From Thermus sp. LT1-2-5 (GTDB lineage: Bacteria > Deinococcota > Deinococci > Deinococcales > Thermaceae), in assembly GCF_040363165.1 (NCBI RefSeq), contig NZ_BSRG01000008.1:36141-68140 (forward strand): a stretch of 32,000 nucleotides of DNA, written 5' to 3'. Under the pieces are notes generated by a model, which saw only the letters and a list, made by a program, of their open reading frames with translations, searched no databases and was not told where the DNA came from. A program made the position numbers and the translations under genes. Positions 1-10,319 of the stretch are shown here, piece after piece; within the stretch, counting starts at the first letter, position 1; the number at the start of each line of letters is the position of its first letter.

Positions 1-1481
1 CCGAAGTAGTTGCCGTTGATGGCCGGGGCCACATCCGCCGGGCTGCTACCCGGCCCCGCCACCCCGCCCACCAGGGTAACCTCCGGGCTAAAGGGCAGGT
101 TGGTGCCCGAGAAGGTGGCCACCACGCCCTGCCGGTAGTGGGCCACGCCGCCTTCGGCGTCATTGGCGAAGAGGTAGTCGTTGAACTTGAACTTGCTGGC
201 CACCCGGCTATAGGCCACGCTGAAGGACTGGCCGTCCACCTGGCCTTTAACCGTAACCCCATCTAGGCGCACGGCAGGCGTAGAAACAAGGCTCGTGTCG
301 TACACCCGAACCCCAAAGGTGGCGGTAGCCTCGCTCACCGCCACGCCGTTAGGGGCAGGGGCGTTGTTCTTCACCCCCAAGGTCAGCGTGGCGTCTCCGC
401 GGAAGAGGTTACCAGCCCCTTCCCCCAGAGCAACCCTGCTAGAAGCGTAAGAGGCAGCACCGAACTGCCCTGTGGAGAACACGTTCCCCGGGAAGAGCCG
501 GTCCCAGTCAAAAGTCGTGCTGCCCTGGGTAAGGTAACGGAGGCCCGCCGTGGCGGTGAGGCTGCCGGAGATGGAGTACTGCACCCGGGAGAGCTCCTTA
601 AGCTGCCCCTCGAGGCCGGACACCCTTTCGGTCAAGGCCCCAACCTTCTCGGAAAGCCCCACCAGGTCGGAGCGGAGAGCGGCAGCGAACTCCTGGACGG
701 CGGCCACATCCTCCTTGGAAGCGAACTGCTCCAGGTCAGGAAGCTCTTGGCCTCCGGAAACCAACTTCTCCAGGTTGGTCACCCGGTCCTGGAGGGCCAG
801 CACGTCCTGGTTGAGGAGGACGGCAAGCTCGTTCAGGGCCTGGATGGCCTGGGCGTTGGCCTCCAACTGGGTTTGGAGAGCGGCCACGTCGCCCTTCACG
901 CCCTCCACGTCCTGGGCCAGGGCCTCCAGTTGCTCGGCCAGCTGCTGGGCCTGGGCCAAAGCGGTATCAGCGGCGATGGAGGCGGCCTCCACCCGGTCGG
1001 CGAGGTCCTGGAGGGCAGCCTGATCCATGCCGGGCTCGGGGGCCGGCTGGGCCTTGAGCTCCTCGATCAGGGCCTCGAGGCGGGCGATGTCCTCCTTGGT
1101 AGCGGCGCTGTCCTCCAGAGCGGAAACCCGCACGCCCAGGGCAGCGAGCTCAGCGGCAAGCTCCTGCACGGCGTTCTTCAGGGCTTCCAGGTCCTCAGGG
1201 GACATGGCCTCCATGGTGGGGGACTCGCCCTTGGCCTTCAGCTCCTCCTCGATCTGCTGCAGGAGGCGGTAGATGAGGAGAGCGGCCTGGTAGCGGGTAA
1301 GGGTCTCGTTCCCCCGGTAGGTGCCGTCGGGGAAGCCCGTAATGATGCCCTTGGCCGCCAGGCTCTCCACGGCCTCCTTGGCCCAGTGCCCAGCGGGCAC
1401 GTCGGAAAACTGGGCCAGACCGAAGCCCATGGAGAGCACGGTCAAGAGCCCTGCCAGAAGTACCACTAGCCTTTTCTTCAT
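1..1481 (-). CDS. slpA: S-layer protein SlpA, N-terminal ~493 codons (C-terminus lies beyond the left edge)
   Basis: The reverse-strand frame is open from the ATG at 1481-1479 to the window edge. It is absent from the ORF track because no stop lies in the window. My translation begins MKKRLVVLLAGLLTVLSMGFGLAQFSDVPAGHWAKEAVESLAAKGIITGFPDGTYRGNETLTRYQAALLIYRLL, which is a signal peptide plus an SLH domain. A long Ala/Glu/Leu coiled-coil region follows. This matches my memory of the T. thermophilus SlpA N-terminus. Confidence 0.9.
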   Translation of the reverse strand, partial: MKKRLVVLLAGLLTVLSMGFGLAQFSDVPAGHWAKEAVESLAAKGIITGFPDGTYRGNETLTRYQAALLIYRLLQQIEEELKAKGESPTMEAMSPEDLEALKNAVQELAAELAALGVRVSALEDSAATKEDIARLEALIEELKAQPAPEPGMDQAALQDLADRVEAASIAADTALAQAQQLAEQLEALAQDVEGVKGDVAALQTQLEANAQAIQALNELAVLLNQDVLALQDRVTNLEKLVSGGQELPDLEQFASKEDVAAVQEFAAALRSDLVGLSEKVGALTERVSGLEGQLKELSRVQYSISGSLTATAGLRYLTQGSTTFDWDRLFPGNVFSTGQFGAASYASSRVALGEGAGNLFRGDATLTLGVKNNAPAPNGVAVSEATATFGVRVYDTSLVSTPAVRLDGVTVKGQVDGQSFSVAYSRVASKFKFNDYLFANDAEGGVAHYRQGVVATFSGTNLPFSPEVTLVGGVAGPGSSPADVAPAINGNYF

Positions 1482-1618
1482 ATTCCCGTACACCCCCTTC
1501 AGGGATTTCGGGAAAGACAGGTACGGGCGAGTTTCCGCGTTTCCTCTCCGAACCGCCTTTCCCCTAGATGCAGGGTTTAACCACACACAAGGCCTGCTTT
1601 TCCCCTGCATCCGCAGGT

Positions 1619-1648
1619 ATCATAAAAGGCTCACACAAGCCCTGTCAA
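1619..1648 (-). promoter_or_regulatory. slpA promoter (-35 TTGACA, 18-nt spacer, -10 TATGAT), implying a ~130-nt 5' leader
   Basis: The reverse strand reads ggcTTGACAgggcttgtgtgagcctttTATGATacc. The -35 lies at 1648-1643 and the -10 at 1624-1619. A long slpA leader is established for Thermus. Confidence 0.65.
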
Positions 1649-1667
1649 GCCCTGGCCCCTTTAGGTT

Positions 1668-1676
1668 TGCTATACT
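1668..1676 (+). promoter_or_regulatory. Extended -10 element (TGcTATACT) upstream of the glmS ribozyme/glmS, divergent from the slpA promoter
   Basis: The sequence tttgcTATACTcc lies about 50 nt upstream of the ribozyme core. No good -35 is seen. Confidence 0.4.
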
Positions 1677-1727
1677 CCCGCGAGGGGAGGTGGGAGCCTG
1701 GCGTGAAATGGGTTTTGGGATGGCGGG

Positions 1728-1915
1728 AAGCGCAGGGGGTTCGGAAGAACCTCACGAGGTGGCGGACCCCGCAAGGGGATTACCGGCGAGGGCCGGGAAA
1801 GATCGAGAAATCCGCGGATGCCGCCCGGGGTGTGCCCGCCCCGCCCGCCTGAGCAAAGCCTTCCGGGAAAGCCACCTTCGCGAGGAGGGGACAACCGGGG
1901 GGCAGGGCGTGAGGG
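1728..1915 (+). ncRNA. glmS ribozyme (GlcN6P-dependent self-cleaving riboswitch) in the glmS 5' leader
   Basis: It sits directly upstream of glmS. It contains a candidate cleavage site A/GCGC at 1729/1730. It also contains the core strings ACGAGGUGG and AUCGAGAAAUCCGCGGAUGCCGCCCGG, which correspond to the ACGAGG ... AUCGA..UUUCGGCGGAUGcCuCCCGG core that I recall from the Bacillus and Thermoanaerobacter glmS ribozymes. A downstream GAGGAGGGGACAACC peripheral segment is present. The end coordinates are approximate. Confidence 0.8.
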
Positions 1916-1970
1916 AATAGCCTAGGGGCTAAACTAGTCCTTTTTTTGTTAGCTTTTCAAAAGGAGCGCC

Positions 1971-3785
<1,815 letters not shown>

Positions 3786-3786
3786 A

Positions 3787-5355
3787 CTAGATAATTTCCA
3801 AAAATTTTGCCACCACCTCCGGGTCCAGGCTCCTCCCCGCCTGGGCCCGGAGGTCCTCCAAAGCCTCCTCCTTGCTCCAAGCCCGCTTGTAGGGGCGTTC
3901 AGAGATGAGGGCGTCGTAAACATCCACCACGGCGAAGATGCGGGCCTCGAGGGGAATGGCCTCCCCCTTGAGGCCGAAGGGGTAGCCGGAGCCATCCCAG
4001 CGCTCGTGATGGTAGAGAACCACGTTCAAAGCAGTCTGGGGCAAAAAGGAGAGGTTCCGCAAAATCTCCAAGCCCACCTCGGGGTGGGTTTTCACCACCT
4101 TCCACTCTGCCGTGGAAAGAGCGGTGGGCTTGCGCAGGATCTCGTCGGGCAAGGCCAACTTGCCCAGGTCGTGGAAGTAGGCCCCCAGGCGGAGGCCCTC
4201 GAGGTCGGAAAACCCCAAGGCTTGACCCAAGCGAAAGGAGAGCTCCGCCACCCGCTCCGTGTGCCCCTGGGTTTCCAGGTCCCGGTACTCCAATACCCGG
4301 GAAAGGGCCCTCAGCGCCGCCTCGCGGGTGCTTTTGAGAACCCGCAGGTGAAAGAGCCGCTCTAAAGCCTCCTCCAACCGCTTGGCCACCACCTGCAAAA
4401 CCGCCTCGTCCTCCGAGCGGTAGGGCACCTTTTCTCCAAAAGAGCCCAAGGCCAACACCCCGTACCGCCGCCCTTCGGGTTTTAAGGGAACCAAGAGGGC
4501 CGAACGCAACCCTGCTTCCACGTAGGGCCTTAGGGCCCCGGGAAAATGGGCGTAGTCCTCCACGTAAATGGGGCTTTCCCAAAGCCGAGGGTGGCCCAAA
4601 AGCCCCTCGCCAAAGCGGATGGGGTGCTCCACGTAAAGCCGGGGAAAGCCGGGGGGGTAGCGGCCCGCCCTCACCGCCGGCCGCACCCGCCCCCCCTGGA
4701 ACAGGTAAAGGGCTCCGCCATGATAGGGGGTTAGTTTGAGCAGGGTTTCCAAGGCCTCCTGGGCCATCGCTAAGGGATCACGGGCGCTTTCTAAAGCAAG
4801 GGAAAGCTCCAAAAGGGCCCGGTTGCGCTCCGCTTCTTCCTGCGCCCGCTCCAAGGCCTCAATCCGGCCCAGGACCATTCCCGCCGCTTCCGCCAGGGCC
4901 TGCAGCCAGAAGCGCTCCTCGGGGAGGATTTCCCCCACGCCCCCGGCAGTGTCCATGGAGAGCACGCCTAACACCCTTCCCCGCGGATCCCGAAGGGGAA
5001 CACCCAGGTAAACCCCGGGCTGCGGCTGGCCCGTTAGGAAGACCACCCGGGGATCCTGGGAAACATCGGGTACGAAAAGGGGCTCCCCGCTTTCTAACAC
5101 CACCCAAGAAACCCCTTTACCCCGGGGCAAGCGGAAGCCCACCCGCTGCCGGGAAAGCCCCTCCGCCGCCACCAGCTCCAAGGCGTCTTCCTCCGGACGA
5201 TAGAGAAAAAGGAGAACCGAGACCGCCCGGGTTTGGGCTTTGGCCGCCTGCACCACCTGGCAAAAGACCTCTTCCCGCCGTTCCAAAGGTGCAAGGAGAC
5301 GCCACGCCCGGACCAGGGCCTCCAGGCGCTTAAGCTCCAGCGTCCCTGAAGCCAT
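3787..5355 (-). CDS. GAF-domain / HD-GYP domain protein (probable c-di-GMP phosphodiesterase)
   Basis: The C-terminus carries HTERVA ... FHDLGK ... HHERWDGSGYP, which are HD-GYP signatures. The N-terminal two-thirds look like tandem GAF domains. I place the start at the ATG at 5355 (MASGTLELK). The track start at 5412 would overlap the upstream gene by about 50 nt. Confidence 0.85.
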   Translation of the reverse strand: MASGTLELKRLEALVRAWRLLAPLERREEVFCQVVQAAKAQTRAVSVLLFLYRPEEDALELVAAEGLSRQRVGFRLPRGKGVSWVVLESGEPLFVPDVSQDPRVVFLTGQPQPGVYLGVPLRDPRGRVLGVLSMDTAGGVGEILPEERFWLQALAEAAGMVLGRIEALERAQEEAERNRALLELSLALESARDPLAMAQEALETLLKLTPYHGGALYLFQGGRVRPAVRAGRYPPGFPRLYVEHPIRFGEGLLGHPRLWESPIYVEDYAHFPGALRPYVEAGLRSALLVPLKPEGRRYGVLALGSFGEKVPYRSEDEAVLQVVAKRLEEALERLFHLRVLKSTREAALRALSRVLEYRDLETQGHTERVAELSFRLGQALGFSDLEGLRLGAYFHDLGKLALPDEILRKPTALSTAEWKVVKTHPEVGLEILRNLSFLPQTALNVVLYHHERWDGSGYPFGLKGEAIPLEARIFAVVDVYDALISERPYKRAWSKEEALEDLRAQAGRSLDPEVVAKFLEII

Positions 5356-5363
5356 GACGCCCT

Positions 5364-6578
5364 TCACTCTACCAGGTGAACCGAGGAAGGCAGGGGGATA
5401 AGCTTTAACCAAGCCTCGGCCTCAAAGGAGCGGCGCCAGGGAAAGGCGAGGGCCTCGAGGTCTACCCGGTACCCTTCCCACGCCACGTAGGGCCAAAGGG
5501 AAGCCACCCCCAGCGCCTCCTCCCCCAAGGGCTCGGGAAAATGGCCCCGCACCCAAGGCCTCCCCACCTCTCCCCACCAGTAGGCGAAGTAGGCCTCAGC
5601 CAGGCGCCGAAGGCGCTCTTCCCGGTCCCTTAGAAAAAGCCCCCCTTGGGCCAGGGCGCTCCCCAGGTTGTTGGCGGGGGTGCCCCAGGCGGCGTAGGCG
5701 GCAAGCCGACCGTAAAGCCCTAGGGCCTGGAGGTACCCCATGAGCCCCGCATCCCCCCGGTTCACCCGGCTGAGGTCGGCCAAGGCCACGGGGTGGCGGG
5801 CCATGAGGGCCATGAGCTTTAGGAGGACCTTCCTTGGCTCCCCACCCCCGTAGGCGAAGAGGACGAGGTCAGGGGCGGCGGTAAGGGGCACCGCCTCCGC
5901 CTGGGCGCTTCGCAACAGCCCCGCCACCGTTTCCCCCAAGGGTATGCCCTCGTAGGGGGTGGCCCGCTCCGGGGAAACCCCCTCGTAGACCACCGCCACC
6001 CTAAGCCCCGGGCGCACGGCCCGGAGGAGAAGGACCTGCCCCGCCTCGTCCGCCCCCGGACGGCTGGGATAGGGCAGGGCCTGGGCCTCCTTGGGGGCGG
6101 GTGAGCCCCGCACGGCGTCGTCCCACACCGCTTCCAGGTAAAGCCCCTTCAAAGCGGCCCACGGGGCGAGGGCGTGGAGGACTTTTAGGTTTCGCTCCCT
6201 CTGGGTGGCGTCCCAACGGGGCACCACGCCGAAGAGGAAGACCTCCCCGCCATACCGCACCCTCCAGGCCAAAAGGAACCCCAGCCGGGCCAGGGCGTCC
6301 TCAGGGGGAAGGTCCAGGTGGCGGCTTTGCAGAAGCCCACCATACGCTAGGGCGTCCAGGCTGGCGACCAAGCGCTCTCCCGGGGTGGAAAGGAGCCAGG
6401 CCCTAAGGAGGGGAAGGTCCGCCCCCTCGAGGCCCCGGTACACCTCCCGCGGAGGGCAACGCACCCCCTCCCAGCCACAAGGGGCCCAGTTGGGCGGGCG
6501 GTCGTCCAAGGGAAGGTACACAACCCCCGCCCCCAGGGCGAACCCCCACAAAAGGGCGAAGAAGGCGAGCCTGGCCAC
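5364..6578 (-). CDS. Hypothetical exported protein (possibly DUF4127 family)
   Basis: 404 aa with a GTG start. It has an N-terminal hydrophobic segment followed by YLPLDDRPPN, which I associate with DUF4127 proteins. It is tightly packed between trxB and the HD-GYP gene. The family assignment is from memory only. Confidence 0.7.
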   Translation of the reverse strand: MARLAFFALLWGFALGAGVVYLPLDDRPPNWAPCGWEGVRCPPREVYRGLEGADLPLLRAWLLSTPGERLVASLDALAYGGLLQSRHLDLPPEDALARLGFLLAWRVRYGGEVFLFGVVPRWDATQRERNLKVLHALAPWAALKGLYLEAVWDDAVRGSPAPKEAQALPYPSRPGADEAGQVLLLRAVRPGLRVAVVYEGVSPERATPYEGIPLGETVAGLLRSAQAEAVPLTAAPDLVLFAYGGGEPRKVLLKLMALMARHPVALADLSRVNRGDAGLMGYLQALGLYGRLAAYAAWGTPANNLGSALAQGGLFLRDREERLRRLAEAYFAYWWGEVGRPWVRGHFPEPLGEEALGVASLWPYVAWEGYRVDLEALAFPWRRSFEAEAWLKLIPLPSSVHLVE

Positions 6579-6584
6579 GCCTTC

Positions 6585-7577
6585 TTAGGGTTTGGCGGCT
6601 TCCCCTTGGGCCTTGGCCTCGTGTTCCGCCAGGTACTTCTCCGCGGTCATGGCCGCCCGGGTGCCCGCCCCCACGCTGGTGGTGAGCTGGCGGTAGATGG
6701 GGTCGGCCACATCCCCGGCGGCGAAGATGCCCGGCACCGAGGTGTACACCTCGTCCCGCACCGCCACGTAGCCATCGGGCCTGAGCTCCACCACCCCCTT
6801 GAGGAAGCCCGTGTTGGGCTCGTGGCCGATGAAGACGAAGACCCCGTCCGTGGGGTAGACGTATTCCTCCCCCGTCTTCAGGTTCTTTAGCCGCACCCCC
6901 GTCACCTGGTCCTCGCCCAGGATCTCCGTGACCACGTGGGAGAAGAGGAAGTGCATCTTGGGGTTCTGGAAAGCCCGGGCCTGGGCTAGCTTGTTGGCCC
7001 TAAGCTCATCCCGGCGGTGGACCAGGGTCACCTTGCGAGCGAACTTGGTGAGGAAAAGCCCCTCCTCCACGGCGGCGTCCCCCCCGCCCACCACCACCAC
7101 CTCCTTGTCCCGGTAAAAGAAGCCGTCGCAGGTGGCGCAGGTGGACACCCCACGGCCGTAGAACTTGTCCTCGCCGGGAACGCCAAGCCGCCTGGGGTTG
7201 GCCCCGGTGGCCACGATGACCACCCGGGCGGGGTAGCTCCGCTCAAACCCCCGGACCAAGAAGCCCTCCTCCAGGGGCTCTATCCCCAGGACCTCGTCCA
7301 TGACGATCCTGGCCCCGAACTTCTCCGCCTGTTGCACCATGCGGCTAGCCAACTCGGGCCCGGAGATGCCCTCGGGAAAGCCGGGGTAGTTTTCCACCTC
7401 CTCCGTCTGGGCAATCTGCCCCCCCGGGAGGCCTTTTTCCACGATGACCGTCTTGAGGCCTGCCCGGCCCGTATAAATACCTGCGGTGAGGCCCGCCGGC
7501 CCCCCGCCCAGGATGACCACGTCGTAGCGCTCCTCCGCCGCCCCGCTCGCTGAGAGTCCTGCCAAGGAAAACTCCAT
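6585..7577 (-). CDS. trxB: Thioredoxin-disulfide reductase
   Basis: It has the GGGPAG FAD motif, the redox CATCDG motif, a GGGDAA NADPH motif and a GDV motif. I place the start at the ATG at 7577 (MEFSLAG), which is preceded by AAGGAGGGGAGA. The longer track ORF (to 7682) is an unlikely extension. Confidence 0.93.
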   Translation of the reverse strand: MEFSLAGLSASGAAEERYDVVILGGGPAGLTAGIYTGRAGLKTVIVEKGLPGGQIAQTEEVENYPGFPEGISGPELASRMVQQAEKFGARIVMDEVLGIEPLEEGFLVRGFERSYPARVVIVATGANPRRLGVPGEDKFYGRGVSTCATCDGFFYRDKEVVVVGGGDAAVEEGLFLTKFARKVTLVHRRDELRANKLAQARAFQNPKMHFLFSHVVTEILGEDQVTGVRLKNLKTGEEYVYPTDGVFVFIGHEPNTGFLKGVVELRPDGYVAVRDEVYTSVPGIFAAGDVADPIYRQLTTSVGAGTRAAMTAEKYLAEHEAKAQGEAAKP

Positions 7578-7695
7578 CTCTCCCCTCCTTCGCTTCCAGG
7601 CTACACCCCCAAATACCCTTGGGGGGTATATACCAAACCCAGTCTGGCGAAAGGACTTCCCCCTGTCAAGGGAAAAAGGCAATCCGAGCCGCTTC

Positions 7696-7771
7696 TGGTG
7701 ACCCCAGGGGGATTCGAACCCCCGTCTCGGCCTTGAGAGGGCCGTGTCCTAGGCCTCTAGACGATGGGGCC
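7696..7771 (-). tRNA. tRNA-Glu (anticodon CUC)
   Basis: The reverse complement GGCCCCATCGTCTAGAGGCCTAGGACACGGCCCTCTCAAGGCCGAGACGGGGGTTCGAATCCCCCTGGGGTCACCA folds as a cloverleaf. The anticodon loop is CU-CUC-AA and the 3' CCA is encoded. Confidence 0.9.
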
Positions 7772-7792
7772 ATGCGCGGCTCGGACTGCTTC

Positions 7793-7867
7793 TGGTGACC
7801 CCAGGGGGATTCGAACCCCCGCCGCCGCCTTGAAAGGGCGGTGACCTAACCACTAGTCGATGGGGCC
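7793..7867 (-). tRNA. tRNA-Glu (anticodon UUC)
   Basis: The reverse complement is GGCCCCATCGACTAGTGGTTAGGTCACCGCCCTTTCAAGGCGGCGGCGGGGGTTCGAATCCCCCTGGGGTCACCA. The anticodon loop is CU-UUC-AA and the CCA is encoded. Confidence 0.9.
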
Positions 7868-7874
7868 AAACATT

Positions 7875-7948
7875 TGGCTGGGGTGCGTGGACTCGAACCA
7901 CGACCGGCGGATCCAGAGTCCGCTGTCCTGCCGTTAGACGACACCCCA
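7875..7948 (-). tRNA. tRNA-Gln (anticodon CUG)
   Basis: The reverse complement is TGGGGTGTCGTCTAACGGCAGGACAGCGGACTCTGGATCCGCCGGTCGTGGTTCGAGTCCACGCACCCCAGCCA. It has the U1-A72 pair typical of tRNA-Gln, a 3-bp D stem, the anticodon loop CU-CUG-GA and an encoded CCA. Confidence 0.88.
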
Positions 7949-7980
7949 GCGGCGGGCGCCCGATCCCTCGGGCAGACGAT

Positions 7981-8625
7981 ATGGTACACTCTAAAGGGCG
8001 GATTGGCAAGCCCCTGATGCCTATGGAGGAAAGCCTTTTACAAATCCTTAGCCGTTATATCTCGCCCATGGCCGCGGAAAACCTTCTGCGCCGGGCCCTA
8101 GGCCCAAGGCTGCCCGCCACCCCAGGGGAGTGGGCGCGGTTCATTGAGGCAAGCCTTTGGCCCGAGCTTGGCCGCCTCCTTCCCTTTCGCGAAATGCCTC
8201 CTGAGCTGAGGGCTTTGGTGCGGGAATTGAAGCAGCTTTCCCTCCAGGAGGCGGAAGGGGAAAGCGAGGAGGCGGAGGAGGAAGAAGCCCTTCTGGAGGA
8301 GGCGGTGGACCTCGAGGACCCCGCGGCCCGGGAACACTTGGCGAGGCGGCTGGCCCGCCTCGAGGGGGTTTTGGGGGTGGTGGTGGCCGGTAGGAGCGGG
8401 AAGGAGGAGCGTTTCGCCGGAGAACCCATCCCGCTAGAGCTCGTCCACCGCCTGCTGGCCCGCCAAGGATACGGGGTTTTCTACGCCCTCCTCCAGGAAA
8501 ACGTGGTGGCCCTAAAACCCCTAGGCGTTGGGTACGTGGGCCTTCTGGCCCGCAAGGAAACCAACATCGGCCGCTTGCTCCACGCCCTGAGGCGGCTTGT
8601 ACCCATCACGGAGGTTAGCGGATGA
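7981..8625 (+). CDS. Hypothetical protein: helical N-domain, acidic linker, possible Roadblock/LC7-like C-domain
   Basis: 214-aa ORF whose TGA overlaps the next ATG (ATGA at 8622-8625). The real start may be the ATG at 8017 or 8023. The C-terminal LEGVLGVVVAGRSGKEE ... GYVGLLARKETNIG only loosely resembles Roadblock/LC7 domains. Confidence 0.55.
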   Translation: MVHSKGRIGKPLMPMEESLLQILSRYISPMAAENLLRRALGPRLPATPGEWARFIEASLWPELGRLLPFREMPPELRALVRELKQLSLQEAEGESEEAEEEEALLEEAVDLEDPAAREHLARRLARLEGVLGVVVAGRSGKEERFAGEPIPLELVHRLLARQGYGVFYALLQENVVALKPLGVGYVGLLARKETNIGRLLHALRRLVPITEVSG

Positions 8626-10319
8626 GAGGATGGCTTCCCCTGGTTCTGGCCCTTGTCCTATCGGCCCTTGCCGCACCCTTGCCCCAGGCGTATGACCGCC
8701 TGGAGGAAGCCCTGGCCCAGGTGGGCCTCGCCAACCCCACCCAGGCCCTGGCGGCCTTGGACCGGGCGCAAAGCGTGTTGCGCCAGGAGGCGGAAGGCCT
8801 TCCCCCCGTGATCCGGGACGCCGTCTTGAACAACCTCGAGGGCCTGCGGCAGGCGGTGGTGCAAAAAAGCCGGGCAGACCTAGAAGCCCGGCTTCTCCTC
8901 GTTCGCCATCTCTTGGGCAAGGCGCTTTACGATGGGTTCTTCCAGGCGAGCCCCTCGGAAAAGCCCGCCTACCTCAGCCGCCTGGCCCGGGCCACGGGCC
9001 TGCCCCCGTCGTTAACCCAGGAGGTCCAGGGCCTAGGAGCAGAGGAGGCCAGGCGCCGCCTGGAAGCCCACTTCCTCCAGGCCATGAGCCAGGACCTGGG
9101 CCGGGCCTTGGATGCGGCCTCGAGGCCCGAGGCCTACCTGGCCTTGGCCCGGGCCTACGCCCGCTTTTTGGTGGTCCAGGATAGCCCGCAAAGCACCCTT
9201 AAGGCCCAGGACTTCATCCAGGCCCTGGCCAAGGTTTCCTCCGGGGAGGGCTTCCGCCCCGAGGTAAAGGGGCTTTTGGACCGGGTGGCTGCCTGGCGCC
9301 AGGCCCTCCTGGCCCCCGCCCCCAAAGCCCAGGCCAGCCCCACCCCTGCCCCGGCCCCCACCACACCCCCCGCCGCCCCTGCACCTTCCCCCACATCTAC
9401 CGCACTCCCCAGCCCCTCCCAATCCTCCGCAATCCCTCCCGCAGACACAGCTCAGGCCAGCCCTCCTTCAGTGGAAACCTTCTACACCCCGCCTTGGATG
9501 GACCGAGCTACTGCGGAGGCGGTGCGCCGTCAAGCCTACACTTTGGGCTATAACTACAACTTTGAGCTGCTGGAAGCCCTAAACCAAACCCAAGCGGAAG
9601 TGGGCCTGGCCATTGCGACCTTAGGGCGGGGAAACCTAGCACAGGGGAGATACCACCTGGACCGGGCGTTGTGGCAGTTCCGCGCCAACCTCGAACCAGT
9701 TTTTGCCGTCATTGATCCCACCCTTACGGACCAGATTTCCCGCACCCTTGTGCACCTCTCAGGGGCCACGGGCATCCGAACCTTAGATGCCTTGGTGGTA
9801 TATGAGGCCCTGGAAGAGCTCAAGCAGGCGTTTGGCCAAGGACCTAGCGAAAACCCTTGGCTCTTCTTGAAGCTTCTACTGGCCCAAACAGCGGGTGTCC
9901 CCCGGGCAGTCTTCTTCCTCTTGGCCGCTGCCTTGAGTCTTTTTCCCCTTTACCTCATCCGCCTTACCTTCGGCGGGCGGAACGTGTATTGGAACCTCTT
10001 GGGCCTCGCCTTCCTTTTCCTCTTTTTGCCCATTCTGGCCGAAGGGCTTTCCTACTTTGGCTCGGTCATGGCCGACTACGGCAACCTGCCCTTCTTAGGT
10101 TTTCTTTCCAACCTTTCTATCGGCCAGGGCCTTATCCCCTACCTTGCGTGGGGACTTACCGTGTTCTTGGTGGTAGCGCTGGCCGGGGCGGGGCTGAGGG
10201 GCATCGCCGCCCAGTTCGGCCTCCTGAAGGAGCGGGGGGAGGAGGTGGCCGCCACCGCCGAGCGCCCCGCCTCCACCTTGACCAGCGAAACCATCGTGGA
10301 GTGGGACGAGGAGTTTTAG
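8622..10319 (+). CDS. Hypothetical membrane protein (signal peptide, helical domain, Pro/Ala/Thr/Ser-rich linker, C-terminal multi-TM region)
   Basis: 565 aa. GGAGG lies 8 nt upstream of the ATG. The N-terminus is MRGWLPLVLALVLSALAAP. The linker is APAPKAQASPTPAPAPTTPPAAPAPSPTS. There are about 4 hydrophobic segments near the C-terminus. I recognise no family. Confidence 0.7.
   Translation: MRGWLPLVLALVLSALAAPLPQAYDRLEEALAQVGLANPTQALAALDRAQSVLRQEAEGLPPVIRDAVLNNLEGLRQAVVQKSRADLEARLLLVRHLLGKALYDGFFQASPSEKPAYLSRLARATGLPPSLTQEVQGLGAEEARRRLEAHFLQAMSQDLGRALDAASRPEAYLALARAYARFLVVQDSPQSTLKAQDFIQALAKVSSGEGFRPEVKGLLDRVAAWRQALLAPAPKAQASPTPAPAPTTPPAAPAPSPTSTALPSPSQSSAIPPADTAQASPPSVETFYTPPWMDRATAEAVRRQAYTLGYNYNFELLEALNQTQAEVGLAIATLGRGNLAQGRYHLDRALWQFRANLEPVFAVIDPTLTDQISRTLVHLSGATGIRTLDALVVYEALEELKQAFGQGPSENPWLFLKLLLAQTAGVPRAVFFLLAAALSLFPLYLIRLTFGGRNVYWNLLGLAFLFLFLPILAEGLSYFGSVMADYGNLPFLGFLSNLSIGQGLIPYLAWGLTVFLVVALAGAGLRGIAAQFGLLKERGEEVAATAERPASTLTSETIVEWDEEF

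Noticed and set aside
550-1920. Plus-strand track ORFs (550-1023, 747-1469, 1027-1272, 1321-1920) overlapping slpA and its leader
   Set aside because: These are shadow frames of the real minus-strand slpA gene. Their translations are low-complexity and rich in Ala, Ser, Arg, Gly and Leu, with no motifs. The slpA frame has a clear signal peptide and SLH domain.
9300-9460. Possible DNA repeat or CRISPR-like periodicity in the Pro/Ala-rich coding stretch, plus a general scan for CRISPR arrays
   Set aside because: The periodicity reflects biased codons (ccc/gcc) of a PAPT-rich protein linker, not spaced direct repeats. No repeat-spacer array is visible anywhere in the window.
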